DNA of 63,619 nucleotides, the filler included, from Diploschistes diacapsis (lineage: Eukaryota), in the NCBI GenBank assembly GCA_023645945.1. It is 10 parts of 10 records of this genome, joined end to end, with 100 filler letters (N's around TTAATTAATTAA, not from the genome) between each part and the next. Parts side by side here need not be neighbours in the genome. Positions count along the whole stretch, not along the records: positions 20,707 to 24,737 come from JALAIB010001797.1; positions 24,838 to 28,854 come from JALAIB010001798.1; positions 28,955 to 32,967 come from JALAIB010001799.1; positions 33,068 to 59,512 come from JALAIB010000180.1; 6 more parts are not named here. The stretch is one strand, 5' to 3'. The notes beneath the pieces were generated by a model. It saw nothing but the letters and a program-made list of their open reading frames with translations. It made no database searches and had not been told where the DNA came from. The position numbers were made by a program, and so were the translations under genes. Positions 22,307 to 33,762 of this stretch are shown piece by piece. How positions within the stretch are numbered: the first letter of the stretch is position 1; every line of letters begins with the position of its first letter.

Positions 22307-23989
22307 ATGGTTCTTGAGGTTCAGACGACTGACTGGCCAGTGCTCAATGGACGACTTGTCCCACAAGAGAACGACATTGCAATGCCCGAACCTCTTTGTG
22401 AGACGCCTGACTTGGGCAATATGTACCATGAGCGAGCTCAGCAGATTATGGGGTCTGAACGACAGACTTCAGGAGCTGGGATGTCTCCTGATATCGAGGG
22501 CCTCGAAAGGTCGCTTGCAATTCTATCGACCGCGCCGCAAGGCCATGCAGAGGGACAGCCGCAACCAAGTCGGTCATCGACTCACCATATGCCTTTGGGA
22601 GATAGTCTCGGCAGATCCCTGGATACAGTCAGCCGCTTGAACCAAAAGAAGCTTCTTTCTCCCCTTAACCAAAGGCAAATTCTTTCTACTTTTGGCCAAG
22701 AGAAGATTCTTTCTCTCCTGAGCGAGCGCATGAGCATTTTTGAAAGCTCCGATTTCGTGCAATACCTCGAGGATCGCAACATCGATCGAGCAGCACTTGC
22801 ACACGTCTTTGACCATATGAAAGGGCAAGTCCAGCAGCACAGCTTCTCCAAAGCGGAGCAGCTTGGCCTCGATTCCGATCTGGCGGTGTATATCTATGGA
22901 GATTCTGGCCAAGTCTTCGAAAGAGTCTATCACACGTGCAAGAATGCGTGTCCACTGCGCGATGAGTCTTTCGACGTCGATGCACTGCTCAAACGCTTTC
23001 TAGCGCAGGCGAACCTTGATCCTGGCACCTTCGACGAGAATATCAGCGTGTTTCAAAAGCAGCATTCCGTCAATAAACTAGGGACCTTTGTCAAAGGCTG
23101 CCTCAGGCGCCTCTGCATAGACCAAGATTACCATATTCAGCACTTCACGGGGCTCTCCGAGCATGTTCTCAATGGAGATGCATCCGACCGTGTCGCCGGC
23201 ACGGCTGGCAATGCGGTAGCTCGTGTATGCTGCAACCACTGGCTCAAGAAAGCGCAAGATCGCAGTGAGCTTCGCCTTGTTGCATATGTTGCCAACACCC
23301 GGCTATTAGACCTTTCCAAATATTGCCTCTTCTACTTTAACAACAACATCCGCCGCCTCTCGCAAGGGCACCAAACAACGGACGTTTGTTCTTTCAGCGC
23401 CGGCAAGGAGCGCGAGGAAAGTTGCGCGAGAGTAGGCAAAGATACAACAGACATGACTCCACAGTTAGATATCAAAGCAACAAAGCATCCAAAAAGAAGG
23501 CGTCAAGGGCAAATGGATCGCAAGCTACAACGATACCTGGACTTAGTATCTTTGGAGGAGCCAGCCGCAACCAAAGCGGCTCGGAGGGCACTAAATATGG
23601 CCGTCAAGCACTTGACCAAAAGCGGCCACTTCGACAATCACCAGATAAATCAGGCAGCTCAGAGACGACGGGACAACAACGGTAAGCAGGGCAGTGGCAC
23701 TGGAGGTGGTCCTACGCGGCAGCAACACCAGCGGCACAACAGCAAGACGCTAGCCGGAGCCCGTATCGCGAGGGAAATGAAGGACAAAGGCCAGCGAAAG
23801 GTACTAGTATCATCAGATCTGGTATCAGCCATGAACTCAACGTCTCTGGATGGGTCCGCCATGAAGCCTGAGGAGGTGGTCTCGCAGAGCATCGAGGATG
23901 GGGCGTCCGATGAAGAGATGGGCGATGCAGACTTCATGCCTTTTGTTCCTAGGGTCAAAGCTCACGATTTCAATGCCATCTGCAAATAG
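22307..23989 (+). CDS. Hypothetical intronless protein (~560 aa)
   Basis: Uninterrupted 1.7-kb ORF, first ATG at 22307; basic patch HPKRRRQ; no family recognised. Confidence 0.6.
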   Translation: MVLEVQTTDWPVLNGRLVPQENDIAMPEPLCETPDLGNMYHERAQQIMGSERQTSGAGMSPDIEGLERSLAILSTAPQGHAEGQPQPSRSSTHHMPLGDSLGRSLDTVSRLNQKKLLSPLNQRQILSTFGQEKILSLLSERMSIFESSDFVQYLEDRNIDRAALAHVFDHMKGQVQQHSFSKAEQLGLDSDLAVYIYGDSGQVFERVYHTCKNACPLRDESFDVDALLKRFLAQANLDPGTFDENISVFQKQHSVNKLGTFVKGCLRRLCIDQDYHIQHFTGLSEHVLNGDASDRVAGTAGNAVARVCCNHWLKKAQDRSELRLVAYVANTRLLDLSKYCLFYFNNNIRRLSQGHQTTDVCSFSAGKEREESCARVGKDTTDMTPQLDIKATKHPKRRRQGQMDRKLQRYLDLVSLEEPAATKAARRALNMAVKHLTKSGHFDNHQINQAAQRRRDNNGKQGSGTGGGPTRQQHQRHNSKTLAGARIAREMKDKGQRKVLVSSDLVSAMNSTSLDGSAMKPEEVVSQSIEDGASDEEMGDADFMPFVPRVKAHDFNAICK

Positions 23990-24354
23990 CTCTCTTGCTT
24001 CCAAGGCCGAACTCCACAATCCCGCTTTCAGCTTCGGCTCCTTTGCTTCCACTCGGCTTAGAGATAAAAGGCCCCAGCTTGTGTGGCTAACCTTTTGTTC
24101 TGGGGGTCACTTTCGTACACTTGCTGGCTTGCATAAAGTAAAGGAAGAAGAAGAGCCTTGCAGCCTCCCAGCCTCCTATGTCACGCCAAGCCCAGCCTAT
24201 GCCAAGAACGTGCCAAGTAGCAGCCCCCTTTTCGATCTCCTGCCCCCCCGGGAAAAGTAGCTACCATATCAAGCAGCTTCGATAAGTCGTCAAGGATAAT
24301 TTCATTCGTTGATTCCTCACATCGTCTCGCGTTCAATCGTTACGCTGGTTTCCG

Positions 24355-24737
24355 TTAGGGAGCGCCCCCAGCGTTCTCGGAGGTTCTTCGTGGTCTAGCG
24401 AAAAAGCCCCTCTCGGTCTGCCGGTGCCAAAGCACACATCGCGAGCAGCGCCATCCCTCCCTCCACCTGCTCAGCGGCCTCCTCTCCACCACGTCCCCCG
24501 CGGCCCACAGCACCCTCCGCCGATCCTCGCCCTCGCTCACGTCCCCGTCCGGTTTCTTGCCCGGCGCGCTTCTCCCGCCGCCCGTCAGGCCGGTGAAGGT
24601 CCAGCCCGGCACGAGCGGGGTGCACGGTGAGGTGGGGGCGGCGCAGGAGCGCAGGTCGAAGGAGAGGGACTCGGCGATGGACTTGAGGGCCCGGCTTTGG
24701 AGGCGTTGCAGGCCGGGTTGCCGGGCCGGTTGGTGAT
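24355..24737 (-). pseudogene. Short-chain dehydrogenase/reductase C-terminal fragment, frameshifted
   Basis: ITNRPGNPACNASKA / LKSIAESLSFDLR / LVPGWTFTGLTG / DVSEGEDRRRVLWAAGDVVERRPLSRWREGW spread over different frames; the SDR YxxxK motif reads CNASK. Confidence 0.75.
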
Positions 24738-24837
24738 NNNNNNNNNNNNNNNNNNNNNNNNNNNNNNNNNNNNNNNNNNNNTTAATTAATTAANNNNNNN
24801 NNNNNNNNNNNNNNNNNNNNNNNNNNNNNNNNNNNNN

Positions 24838-27800
24838 AAACAGATTTATCCATTATTAAGCCCGTCTTGGACTTCTTACGACGCTATTTAAACATCATGA
24901 ATCCTATATTAACGGATACATAGAAATGGAATTAATATATAAGATTAAAAGAAACCTTTGATTCGTTATAAAAAGAAGACTTTTTTCTTTATCGTATGAA
25001 AATTTAGAAATAACAACTCGAGTTTATCACAACCTCTCGAAATTATATATCCCACTTATTATCTCTTTTTCGTCATGGCGAAAGAGCAAGGTATGTTATT
25101 CAACACTTTACAATAACTAGTTGGTAACCTCTGCCAGCATAAGAATCCAAACAGATAGCAAATCCGAATTCTAATATTCATATTTCCGGTACTAACCCCT
25201 GTAATAACGATAACTCGAATATTAGAAATGTTGCTTCGTCATGATCCCAGATAACCATAATTTCGTAAATCAGTTTTTAGACCGATCAGTCTCTCCTTTC
25301 TAACGGAGATAAAAGATCCTTCTATTATCCTTAACATCAGATTAAAAAATACGTATAGACGTCGTCTGTACAATCCGATAATAATAGAAAGGACTTGTTA
25401 AAGATGTTGAAGACCAATCAAGTCTTTATTCATAACAATAAACCAAGGTTCAAGCGGAAATAGTAGAAAACTTCTATTAATATAAACTTCCTATATAAAA
25501 GCTTCATAGTTTCTACTATTTTATTACGATTACTATTATACGATATAATCGCGACTCCAGGATCTTATTATGTTTAATGTAATAATCGAGCAGAAAAGGA
25601 TCCGTATAAAGATCCGAGCCGTACCGAACTTTAAATACTACGAGAAACTGAAATCCCGGGTTAAATAAAGCAGATTTGGCGTACCGGAGATCAGCAACTC
25701 CATTGCTTGCATGCGAGAGCACCCTTTCAAAAGAGTTTAATTCACCTTCTTCCTCCATCGCCGCACTTGCAGCTCTTCTTAACGAGGGTATTCGTCCGTT
25801 AAATGATTTAATAACTGTCCTTTTTTACGTTTATAGTTTGAGTAGCTACGAACATTATCGCCATCATCGAGTTAGTTACTAAAAACAACTTTTTTTATAT
25901 AGGTCTTCTAAAATAAGTTTCTCCAATATCAGGCAGAAGTGAGGGTTACAGAATGTGCGCGCACGTATGCATGTATTACTTATTCGTATTACCTATTTAA
26001 CCCCTGACTGGCGGACTAATGTGTAGTTATTATAGTGTACGAAATAACCGCGATGCTTAAACGCGCTGCTTCTTCGCGTACGGGCAACTTAATCTTTTTA
26101 ATAAATTTAGATCTGTCCATTAAACGGATAATCAAAAAGTTATTACAATTATTACTTTTAATTAATAACTGTATAGTAATAGATCGCGAGTATACACATA
26201 ACGAGGTCAAGATTCGTCTTTTATTTATAAGAAAATTATATCCGTATGCAATAATGTGCGAATATTTATTAAAAAATCATGATACGTTTTATAATGATCC
26301 TAAAATAATTTATTACTTTATTATTAAACGAAACTATAATAATACCACCATTTAAATCTTGCTGGATAAAACACTAAAATTAACGCTCCTTTACGCATTA
26401 AACTGATGTACCACGCTCATTCTTTTATTATCGGGTCCTTATACTGCTTACGTCTAATCACATAATAGTATATAAATACAAAAACTTCTACCGTATTTAT
26501 CACGAGTGAGCTATAATTTATTTCCGTTGTCGTAGACGCCGTAACCGTTGGCCAAAATATAAATACTAATATCGTGATTAAATAAACGTAGCTTATAACG
26601 TTGATCATCGTATCCTAAGGCTCGCGAATATGTTACGGTCCCTAAGTAAGAAGTTTAGAATTGATGGTGTTACGGAACGCCTCGGGCGGCGCGTTTAAAT
26701 AAAATTTGATGGCATTTATAACATGTCGATAAAGTAAGAAAGTATTTCCGATAAGATACGATGCGTAAAAGTTATAAATGGTTAATAAAACGATATCGTT
26801 AAAGGCTAGAGGCGAATTAAGGACGATAAGGTTTAATAGGACAGCGATCACTACCGTAAAGGTAATCGAATAGAGAAAAAGAATATTCTTCTGTTAGACC
26901 TGTTGCGGAGGGAGTTAGTCATAAATTTCCCGTTATTAAAAAAGGGATCGGTTACGTGGCTGAACCGTTTTTATCCAGGGGTGTTATGATCGCGCGTAAA
27001 AGATTAGGTTATTCTCGATGCCGAAATAACGATACTAATTATTACGTAAAGGTTTATAATAATAATAAGAGCGCATATAATTAAAGCGCTATTAACGTTG
27101 TTTATTTTTTATAGAATAATAGCCATAAAGGAGTATCTGGTAGACGTGTTAAGAACCGTATCTAAATTATCGAGACAGAAAAGCGTAACGATTAAGATAC
27201 CGAATCTTATGGTTCCGTTAATAATTAAACTGAATAACATCGCTCGTGCTACATTTTTATTAAATTAGGAAATTTTTTTAGACATCTATTTCGAGAAGCT
27301 TTTATTAGTTTTTAATTTAGTATAATGATCTAATCTACTGCCGAAATGATCTTATATAAACAATTCCGTCTACATTTAGTTCTCATATTAACTTTCAAAC
27401 ACATCAACATAAAGCGAGGTAAATTTACCGAGCAATACATATGCCGGTCCTACCATTCCTATTATGAACGAAATTCCTATAATGGGCCAATTTCTTCCGT
27501 TTATAAACAGGATAAACACGTCATTTACGCTCCCGTATAATACAAAATAGACCATTAGAACTAAAATCGCGAAAAAGCCGAATACATATAAGACTAATAT
27601 CAACGTCTTAAATCTTAAAAGATATTTGTTAACATATATATTAACAAGGATAGTAAATAAAAGGGAACTTCAATAAAACAAAATCAACTGTTATAGCTGC
27701 GATATGTAAGAAGGATTACCTAGAATTAGAAGCCCCTAGATCAGTAAGCCTCCCAAGAAGCACGCCGAAGCTACGGCAACTTGCCAGCCAAGCATTATAA

Positions 27801-28854
27801 ACCACCCTACAAAGCGTGAGGACGGTCGAGCCAGGAACATTGAGATCCATGCTCACTAATCAAGTAATTAAGAAACTTCTTGATAAGGCGAGGTACCAGA
27901 ATTGTTACTTAATAATACTAACCATCAGCGGTCGGCGCTCTACAAAAATTCTTAAATAAGTTCTAGATAAAAAAAGAAGGATAATATATTAATAATAGTT
28001 CTTTTATCGTTGTAAATATGGCCAATATGCCTAGCTAAACTATTATATAGCTATAAACCGAGCCGGCGAAACCTTTATTATTCAAATTAATCATAAATAA
28101 TCTGGCATCGTGAGCACCTTGAAGAAGTAAAATGTTACCTCTCGCGAGGCCCTACAGGAGCACGCCTTCCCAAGTAATTATCAAAATACATGCGAATCCA
28201 AGAATGGATAACAAACCAAAGTTCCGCTAGAGACGTTGAGTCAAACTATAATAAATATTCGAGAAATGTTGCATACCTTAAGGACCGGTCGCTTTCTTAG
28301 ACGTTTAAGTTCTTCATTATCGCGATCCTTTTGGGATTTAGAGTTTAATTTAAAGTATATTGTACTTTTTATTATCGGAATTTTTATTAGGGAATCGAAG
28401 AGAAAGTTATAAAAATATAAAGAAAAAGAAAGAAAAAGACTGCAAGATTTATTGGTTTTTATTTATAGATTAAATTAAAGGTAACCGAAATATATGACTC
28501 GAAGAAATGTTTACGTAAAAAAAGATTCTGGTCGCTAGAAGATATCTTTATAGTACCCGCGACGATGCTGAATAAAGAAAGAGACGTTAACTGTATATTC
28601 TACCTCGGGCTTCTTAGTCTTCAGTATCGTACTTTACTCGATTAAAGGTATACTAATTTAACACGCTCGAAACGAGGTCTCATCGGAAGCTCTAACATCA
28701 TGATTCTAAATTAATATTGGTATTATTTGATGCTTAAGATTGAAAAGGTGGAACGCCTTTCCTTACTTTAGTTTATAAATATAGCGAATTAATCTACTAT
28801 AAAGTATATAAGTATTAAATTTCTATAGTCTTATATTCAGATATAATAATATCT
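24838..28854. repeat. Whole-contig AT-rich RIP-degenerated relic, origin unidentified
   Basis: TpA-rich, CpA/TpG-poor, CpG retained; only short stop-riddled ORFs. Confidence 0.7.
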
Positions 28855-29009
28855 NNNNNNNNNNNNNNNNNNNNNNNNNNNNNNNNNNNNNNNNNNNNTT
28901 AATTAATTAANNNNNNNNNNNNNNNNNNNNNNNNNNNNNNNNNNNNNNNNNNNNCTATATTCGTTATCTTTATTATTAAAAAATAATCTTTTTAGAAATC
29001 AGTATAGAC

Positions 29010-29600
29010 TAGGCTGGCCGTTTCGTGCCACGGTCACTGACACGGACACTGCAGCAAAAATTTTTAAAACACGGATACTAACACGGACACGACAGCTAAA
29101 ATTTTAAAATACGGACACTGACACGGACATTATATTACAATAAAAGCACGGACACGGACATTATAATTAAAAAATTTAAAATATTGATATTAATACGAAT
29201 ACTATATTTCCGTAAATTTATCGAAATACTACGATAAATCTATCGAAATATCGCAATAAAAATTTTTTAAAAAAATAAAAGCGTAAGAAATAAACGTGAT
29301 AATTCTAAAATTATTAAAATTAAAAAAATAATTTAAAATATTTCGGTAAATGGACGGACATAAACACCGGAATAAAAATTTCTTAACACGGATATTAATA
29401 CGAATCTTATATTATAATAAAAACACGGACAGGGACATTATAATTAAAATTTTTTAAATATTAATATTAATACGGACACTGCATTTCCATGAATCCACGG
29501 ACACGGACACCGCAGCTAAAAAATCTAAAACACGGACACTGATACTGTTAGTGTCCTTGTCACTGACACGGCCGTATCAGTGTCAGTGACGGCCAGCCTA
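29010..29600. mobile_element. Non-autonomous hAT-like MITE (591 bp)
   Basis: Perfect 12-bp TIRs TAGGCTGGCCGT / ACGGCCAGCCTA; many ACACGGACAC subterminal repeats; 8-bp flanks GTATAGAC and GTTTGAAA match only partly. Confidence 0.8.
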
Positions 29601-30042
29601 GTTTGAAAAAGAAAAAGAAAAAAGAGGAGATACGAAAATACGGGGATAAATAAATAAAATCAACTTAATTAAGGAAATAAAATATATATAATTATAAAAA
29701 CATGTTGATATCAAATTAAAATACTTCCTTTCTTTAATACGTTAGTGTAAGAATTAATCGATTTAGGTCAGAATATCCGCTCTACGTATTGAACTGGTTT
29801 CTGTTCTGCGGCCATCAGCAACAAGTTTGATACATACAGCTTATTTGAATGGAACTTTGTATGCGAATCAACTAACGTTTACCGTGAAGGTTTCTTCTTC
29901 TCGTCGAGACATTCATTTTTATGGACCATATTTGATTGTTGTTGGTTGTTCTTGTAACCCGGCTCACAGCAATATTGCCTTTCCGTATCTTCAACAAGCT
30001 GACCACACACTAAACATCTTTTGAGAACCACTTTAAACCATC

Positions 30043-30877
30043 ATGGTGAGTTCCAAAGAGACCAGTATCCCAATATCAAATTAACTCTGCCCTGACAGGC
30101 GCGAAATTCGGAAAAGGCACAGTCAATGCTTTTCCGTTTCCGAGAACAGCAGGCTGCAGACTTGGGTATCATTGATGCAGGGCGAACTCGACGCCCAAAA
30201 ATGATAACGGAAGTGAACTCTGTTCCAGCGTGTGAGAAGTGGCGTGGTCAGGTTCTAAAAGAAATATCTCGAAAGGTGTCACGGATACAAGAGCCTACAT
30301 TAAGCGACTACCAGATCAGAGACCTTAATGATGAGATCAACAAAGCAATGAGAGAGAAGCATATGTGGGAAATCCAGATTCGGAATTTAGGCGGACCGAA
30401 CTATATGCGTAGTGGAAAGGTGTACGACGATGTCGGCAAAGAAATCGCGGGAGCTGGGAAGGGCTATAGGTGGATGCTGTCTCCACCCACTTTCACCCCG
30501 ACCCCCGCTGACTGTGGGATAGATATTTCGGACGCGCAAGGGAGCTACCAGGTGTAAAGGAACTATTTGAAAGCTCAAAATCTTCGGCCTCTGAGAAGCC
30601 GCTAGACAAGCGAGCTGATCTTCGAAAACTTGTTGATGCATCATATTATGGCTATAACGTAGACGAGGAGGATGATGAGTTGCTCAACTACGAAGCCGAT
30701 AGGGAGGAACAGATGACACAGGCGTTGTTGAGGATTGTACCCCAACATGACGATAGTTGGGAGGCCCTCCCGGGAGGTGCAGGTGATGGGAGTGGATGGG
30801 TTGTGCCAACAATCGAGGAGGTCCAAGAGGAGTTGGTCGATAGAAAACGGCGGAGGTTACTCGACAAATTAGGATAA
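30043..30877 (+). CDS. ISY1: Pre-mRNA splicing factor ISY1
   Basis: ATG, intron 30046-30098, then ARNSEKAQSMLFRFREQQ...CEKWRGQVLKEISRKV...IRDLNDEINK; second intron ~30470-30522; stop at 30877. Confidence 0.95.
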
Positions 30878-30924
30878 TGAAGAGCCATGTCAATCTGAGT
30901 GAGTGACCAACTGGACAAGGCTCT

Positions 30925-31988
30925 TTAGAGCATGTCATTATTTGTGGATTCATTTTGTTTTGCCATAGGTCTGGCATGACCTTCACCTAAAGCTAGAATC
31001 TTACTTCTCCGGGTCTTTTGGAGGCCATACTCTGTCACCTGTTCAAGCATGAACTTCCCCAAATATCCGTTTCGCCAACGCTGAAGTAACCACACTGCAG
31101 CCGCATCGACATCTTGCTTAGCCTGCTTTTGCAGTCTCCCGGTCTTTTTCGCGATAGCTTGCAAAAGAACGCAAATTTCGTTGGTTGGGGGCGAATAGTC
31201 ACGATACAGGCCTGGATCGTGTATATTTAGGTGGTACAGCAAGTAGTCTGCCAGTATGATGGGAGGGACGATAGAATCTTTGACACTTCCGCATAATGCC
31301 AACTTCAACATGGTTTCAGAATCTGAAATGTAGGGAATGAAAACCCCTGGCGTATCAAGCACGTAGACACCTCCCTCCCCACTTGGCGGTTCTAGAATCT
31401 TGACGGCGGTGCCAATTCGTCTAGTAACACCAGGTTGAGCTCCAGTAGCAGCGGCTGGGCCTTTCTGCAATCCTGCCTGGCGAAGCGCGTTAAGGAGAGA
31501 AGATTTACCAACATTGGGCATACCGACTACCATCATGTGGGAGCCTGCAATGGATTGACTTCGCGTGGCGCACTCCCGGGCGAAGTCTAGAACTTTACGC
31601 ACTGAACGTTGTTTTCGAACATCTAAAAAGAGAACTGAAGGATCTAGAGTGGCACGGATTGTTTTTTCTTTCTATGAAATAGACTCATTAGTCATGACCA
31701 GATACAAGAATGGTATCTGCCATGTACTTGTCTATCTTCGATATTGTTCATGCTACCCAAATCTTGTTTGGTGTATATGACGAGTCGCTCCTTTCCCTGC
31801 AATGCTTGCTCAAGCAAATAGTTACAGGAGGAAATTGGGATTCGATAATCTCGACATTCGACAACCAGGTCGACTCTTGCAACCATGGACCTCATTCGAT
31901 TCAAGCCAGTGGAGTGATGACCCAGGAAATAAGTTCGAGCAAGATGGTTGTGCTGTGGGAAGTTCACTCGGGGAACGAAAGAGGTCAT
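30925..31988 (-). CDS. MTG1: Mitochondrial ribosome-associated GTPase (RbgA/YlqF family)
   Basis: YFLGHH..GL..M, VECRDYRIP, TKQD (G4), GMPNVGKS (G1), PGVT (G2), DTPG (G3): circularly permuted GTPase; one intron near 31680-31725. Confidence 0.92.
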
Positions 31989-32089
31989 ACTGAAAAATCA
32001 TTGCAAGATGGGACTTGCCACGCACCGCTCCCATCCTAGACTTGACAAGACATAACGTGTTCCACCAGGAAACGGGTTACACCACGAAG

Positions 32090-32967
32090 CGGGTTACTCT
32101 ATATAATGTAAATACGCTAGATAGTTTTATTCGAGCTTTTAAACCCCATAACCACACATAAAATTATTTGTATGAAACTAAACCTTTTTAACTACATTAC
32201 CCTACTCTTACTCCTGCGCGGCCGTTCTTCGGCCTTTTTTTAATTCGTTCGGATATTTCTTTATAATATACATCTATCCCGTTACTACGTACGAAGCTAA
32301 TGTATTCATAAGGCGATAATATCTTAAGTTCCTTCCGGCGGCGGTATAATAAAAGGAAAAAAAGAAAAAAAAGGTCCGTACGACTAGCTCGTCGTCGAAA
32401 GATAACAGTTAACGGATTTCGTTTATAACGTAACGTAATATGCGGTCCTTACTTTACTCGATATTAATATTACTTTCATACGAAGGCGTATTATATTTAA
32501 ATAAATTAAATGGCACCGGTTTTGTACGTGAATGCGGTCTTTATTCTATCCCGCGGTCGTACGCGTCGCGTACGATATATCGAGTATCGCCGGCGTGGTT
32601 TCACGTTTTTCTCGAAATGCCGTCGCTTAATTAGTTATTTCGATAAATATTACGTTAATTATAAATAACGAAACTATTCCGTAAAATATCGATAATTAAA
32701 CGAGAATAGAAATTAATACGATAATTCGTCCGACTCGTCCTTTAACGATAAGTTAATAGCACCGGTTTTAAAGATAAAAGAACCGAAAAAAAAACAATAA
32801 AGATAAAAAGAAGACCGTTATTATTAAAAGAATTTAATATAATAAACGATTCGATCGTTCTTTAAATACGTGCGGAATTTTTTATTGTCTTTATATAACT
32901 TATAAATAAACTTTAATATCGACGCTGGTTATTTATAAATTAAATATTTATTAAACCAATAATATCC
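32090..32967. repeat. AT-rich RIP-like relic directly upstream of MTG1
   Basis: TpA/CpG-rich, CpA-poor sequence starting about 100 bp from the MTG1 ATG. Confidence 0.65.
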
Positions 32968-33126
32968 NNNNNNNNNNNNNNNNNNNNNNNNNNNNNNNNN
33001 NNNNNNNNNNNTTAATTAATTAANNNNNNNNNNNNNNNNNNNNNNNNNNNNNNNNNNNNNNNNNNNNCCGAGCTGACCGTCAAACACATTATATGAAACG
33101 CGGTAGATATTAGAAGTTAATATTAT

Positions 33127-33301
33127 AAAGAAAGGAGATAGCTGTGACCTATAAAGTTATAGATTTCCCGCTGCCACAGCTGCGCACATCTATATATAAT
33201 AAAATAGGGAAACAGTGCTTCGGGGTTCTTGAAAGCATTGTGGTTAGTCTTTTAGCTCAGTGGGATAGTGCCACCTATTAGGCACTACCCCCGCTGTTAT
33301 A
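33127..33301 (+). mobile_element. 3' end of a short-LTR retroelement: polypurine tract plus 3' LTR (33143-33301)
   Basis: AAAGAAAGGAGATAGC precedes TGTGACC...CTGTTATA (mutated TTACA); reverse complement of 7142-7299; flanks do not form a TSD, as expected for a 3' LTR. Confidence 0.8.
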
Positions 33302-33762
33302 ACTCTGTATAAAGTAATATTAAACATTTGAATCACCGTTAAATACTGTAACTTATTAATAATGAACGCTTAATAATGACAAATGAATCATTATCCGTAA
33401 AATAAACCCCATATACAAGGAAACACGATATTTCGCGCCAAGCCATTCAAATACTACCAATTCCTTTTTTTCCCCCATTTACGATCCAAGCACTTCGCTA
33501 GTACTTCGTAGGCTCGTCCAGGGCAACAGATATGTAGCCTGGATCTACCACGACTTGATGAAACTATGCGGGTTTCCTTGACTTGTTCCACATCCTACTT
33601 TTAATTGACGCAAGAGGACTACTTCTTCGTAATATTGCCGGTCAAGCTCCTTGGCCCGATGACTTATAGCCTAGTATAAGCTCCTAGATGTTATGTCTGC
33701 CTCATTCAGATTAACCAACCTATCTCATATACACTGGAAGTATAGGTCCTGCCATCGGCCTT

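Noticed and set aside
26400..27300. Possible ankyrin or transposase remnant in the RIP relic
   Set aside because: Too degenerate to support any family by eye.
29040..29570. CRISPR-like repeats with spacers
   Set aside because: Eukaryotic context, ~10-nt repeats, irregular and duplicated spacers, enclosed by TIRs.
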